DNA from: an uncultured bacterium
GTDB taxonomy: Bacteria; Krumholzibacteriota; Krumholzibacteriia; LZORAL124-64-63
NCBI GenBank assembly: GCA_903859215.1
Contig: CAIOLW010000051.1
Span: 2,482 to 66,481, forward strand
Reading direction: 5' to 3'
Length of the DNA stretch: 64,000 bases
The notes beneath the pieces were generated by a model. That model searched no databases. It was not told the origin of the DNA and saw only the letters and a program-made list of their open reading frames with translations. The position numbers and the translations under genes are program-made. Below, piece after piece: positions 63,889 to 64,000 of the stretch. Positions within the stretch are counted from its first letter, which is position 1. Each line of letters begins with the position of its first letter.

Positions 63889-64000
63889 TTAAGCCACCTC
63901 CTTCAGGCCGCGCGCCCGGCGGGTCAGCGCGATGAAGGTGTCTTCCAGCGAGTAGGGGGCCTCGTGCAGCTCGGTCAGCTGCCAGCCGCGCTCGCGGGCC
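63889..64000 (-). CDS. ABC transporter ATP-binding protein, C-terminal fragment (partial, GldA-like position)
   Basis: The minus frame reads ...RERGWQLTELHEAPYSLEDTFIALTRRARGLKEVA*, with TAA at 63889-63891 just upstream of the permease ATG. SLEDTFIALT is the usual C-terminal tail of ABC-2 ATPases. Confidence 0.6.
   Translation of the reverse strand, partial: ARERGWQLTELHEAPYSLEDTFIALTRRARGLKEVA

Overview
This is a very GC-rich bacterial chromosomal segment (about 70% by eye, not computed). It is densely coding. I call 49 CDS, two of them partial at the window edges. I found no rRNA, tRNA, CRISPR array, transposase or integrase.

Because of the GC bias, almost every real gene is shadowed by long stop-free antisense or alternate-frame ORFs rich in R/A/G/P. 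I chose frames using family motifs I recognise from memory, signal peptides, Shine-Dalgarno sites and start/stop overlaps. No database search was possible.

Content falls into two groups:
- Core metabolism: a GH13 amylase-family enzyme, an AtuA-like protein, LemA, a phosphohexomutase, fadD, a Bacillus-style fadN-fadA-fadE operon with a YsiA-type TetR FadR, methylmalonyl-CoA mutase mutA-mutB-meaB, cysS, yciH and a lipid kinase.
- An unusually large load of envelope and secreted proteins. Five end in the same FlgD-Ig/T9SS-type C-terminal domain. There is also a CRTAC1/ASPIC-UnbV protein, PEGA/Omp28-like and TlpA-like thiol-redox proteins, a gldG-type ABC system, porin-like barrels and an orphan lamin-tail-domain protein.

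This repertoire suggests an uncultivated FCB-superphylum-like lineage (Gemmatimonadota/Eisenbacteria-like). That is inference only.

Most interesting observations:
- An 11-kb, 8-gene operon (33948-44996) joins a CTD-tagged Ig-repeat adhesin and a PorV/FadL-like barrel carrying a FlgD-Ig domain to a giant TPR protein, ExbB-ExbD-ExbD-TonB and a FlgD-Ig/Pal-like protein.
- A TlpA-thioredoxin::outer-membrane-barrel fusion sits in a small redox/secretion operon (10414-14453).
- A ygeW/ygeY/ssnA 'selenium-linked' trio occurs without any visible Mo-hydroxylase. It is coupled to a ThrC-like PLP enzyme and TauE, and is split by an LTD gene driven by a consensus sigma70 promoter.
- Two unrelated small secreted proteins share a C-terminal WG-x-[VL]-K-x-x-FR tail.
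- There is a BIME-like pair of palindromes, FadR-box-like operators, a Zn-ribbon insertion in CysRS, and several in-frame tandem repeats.
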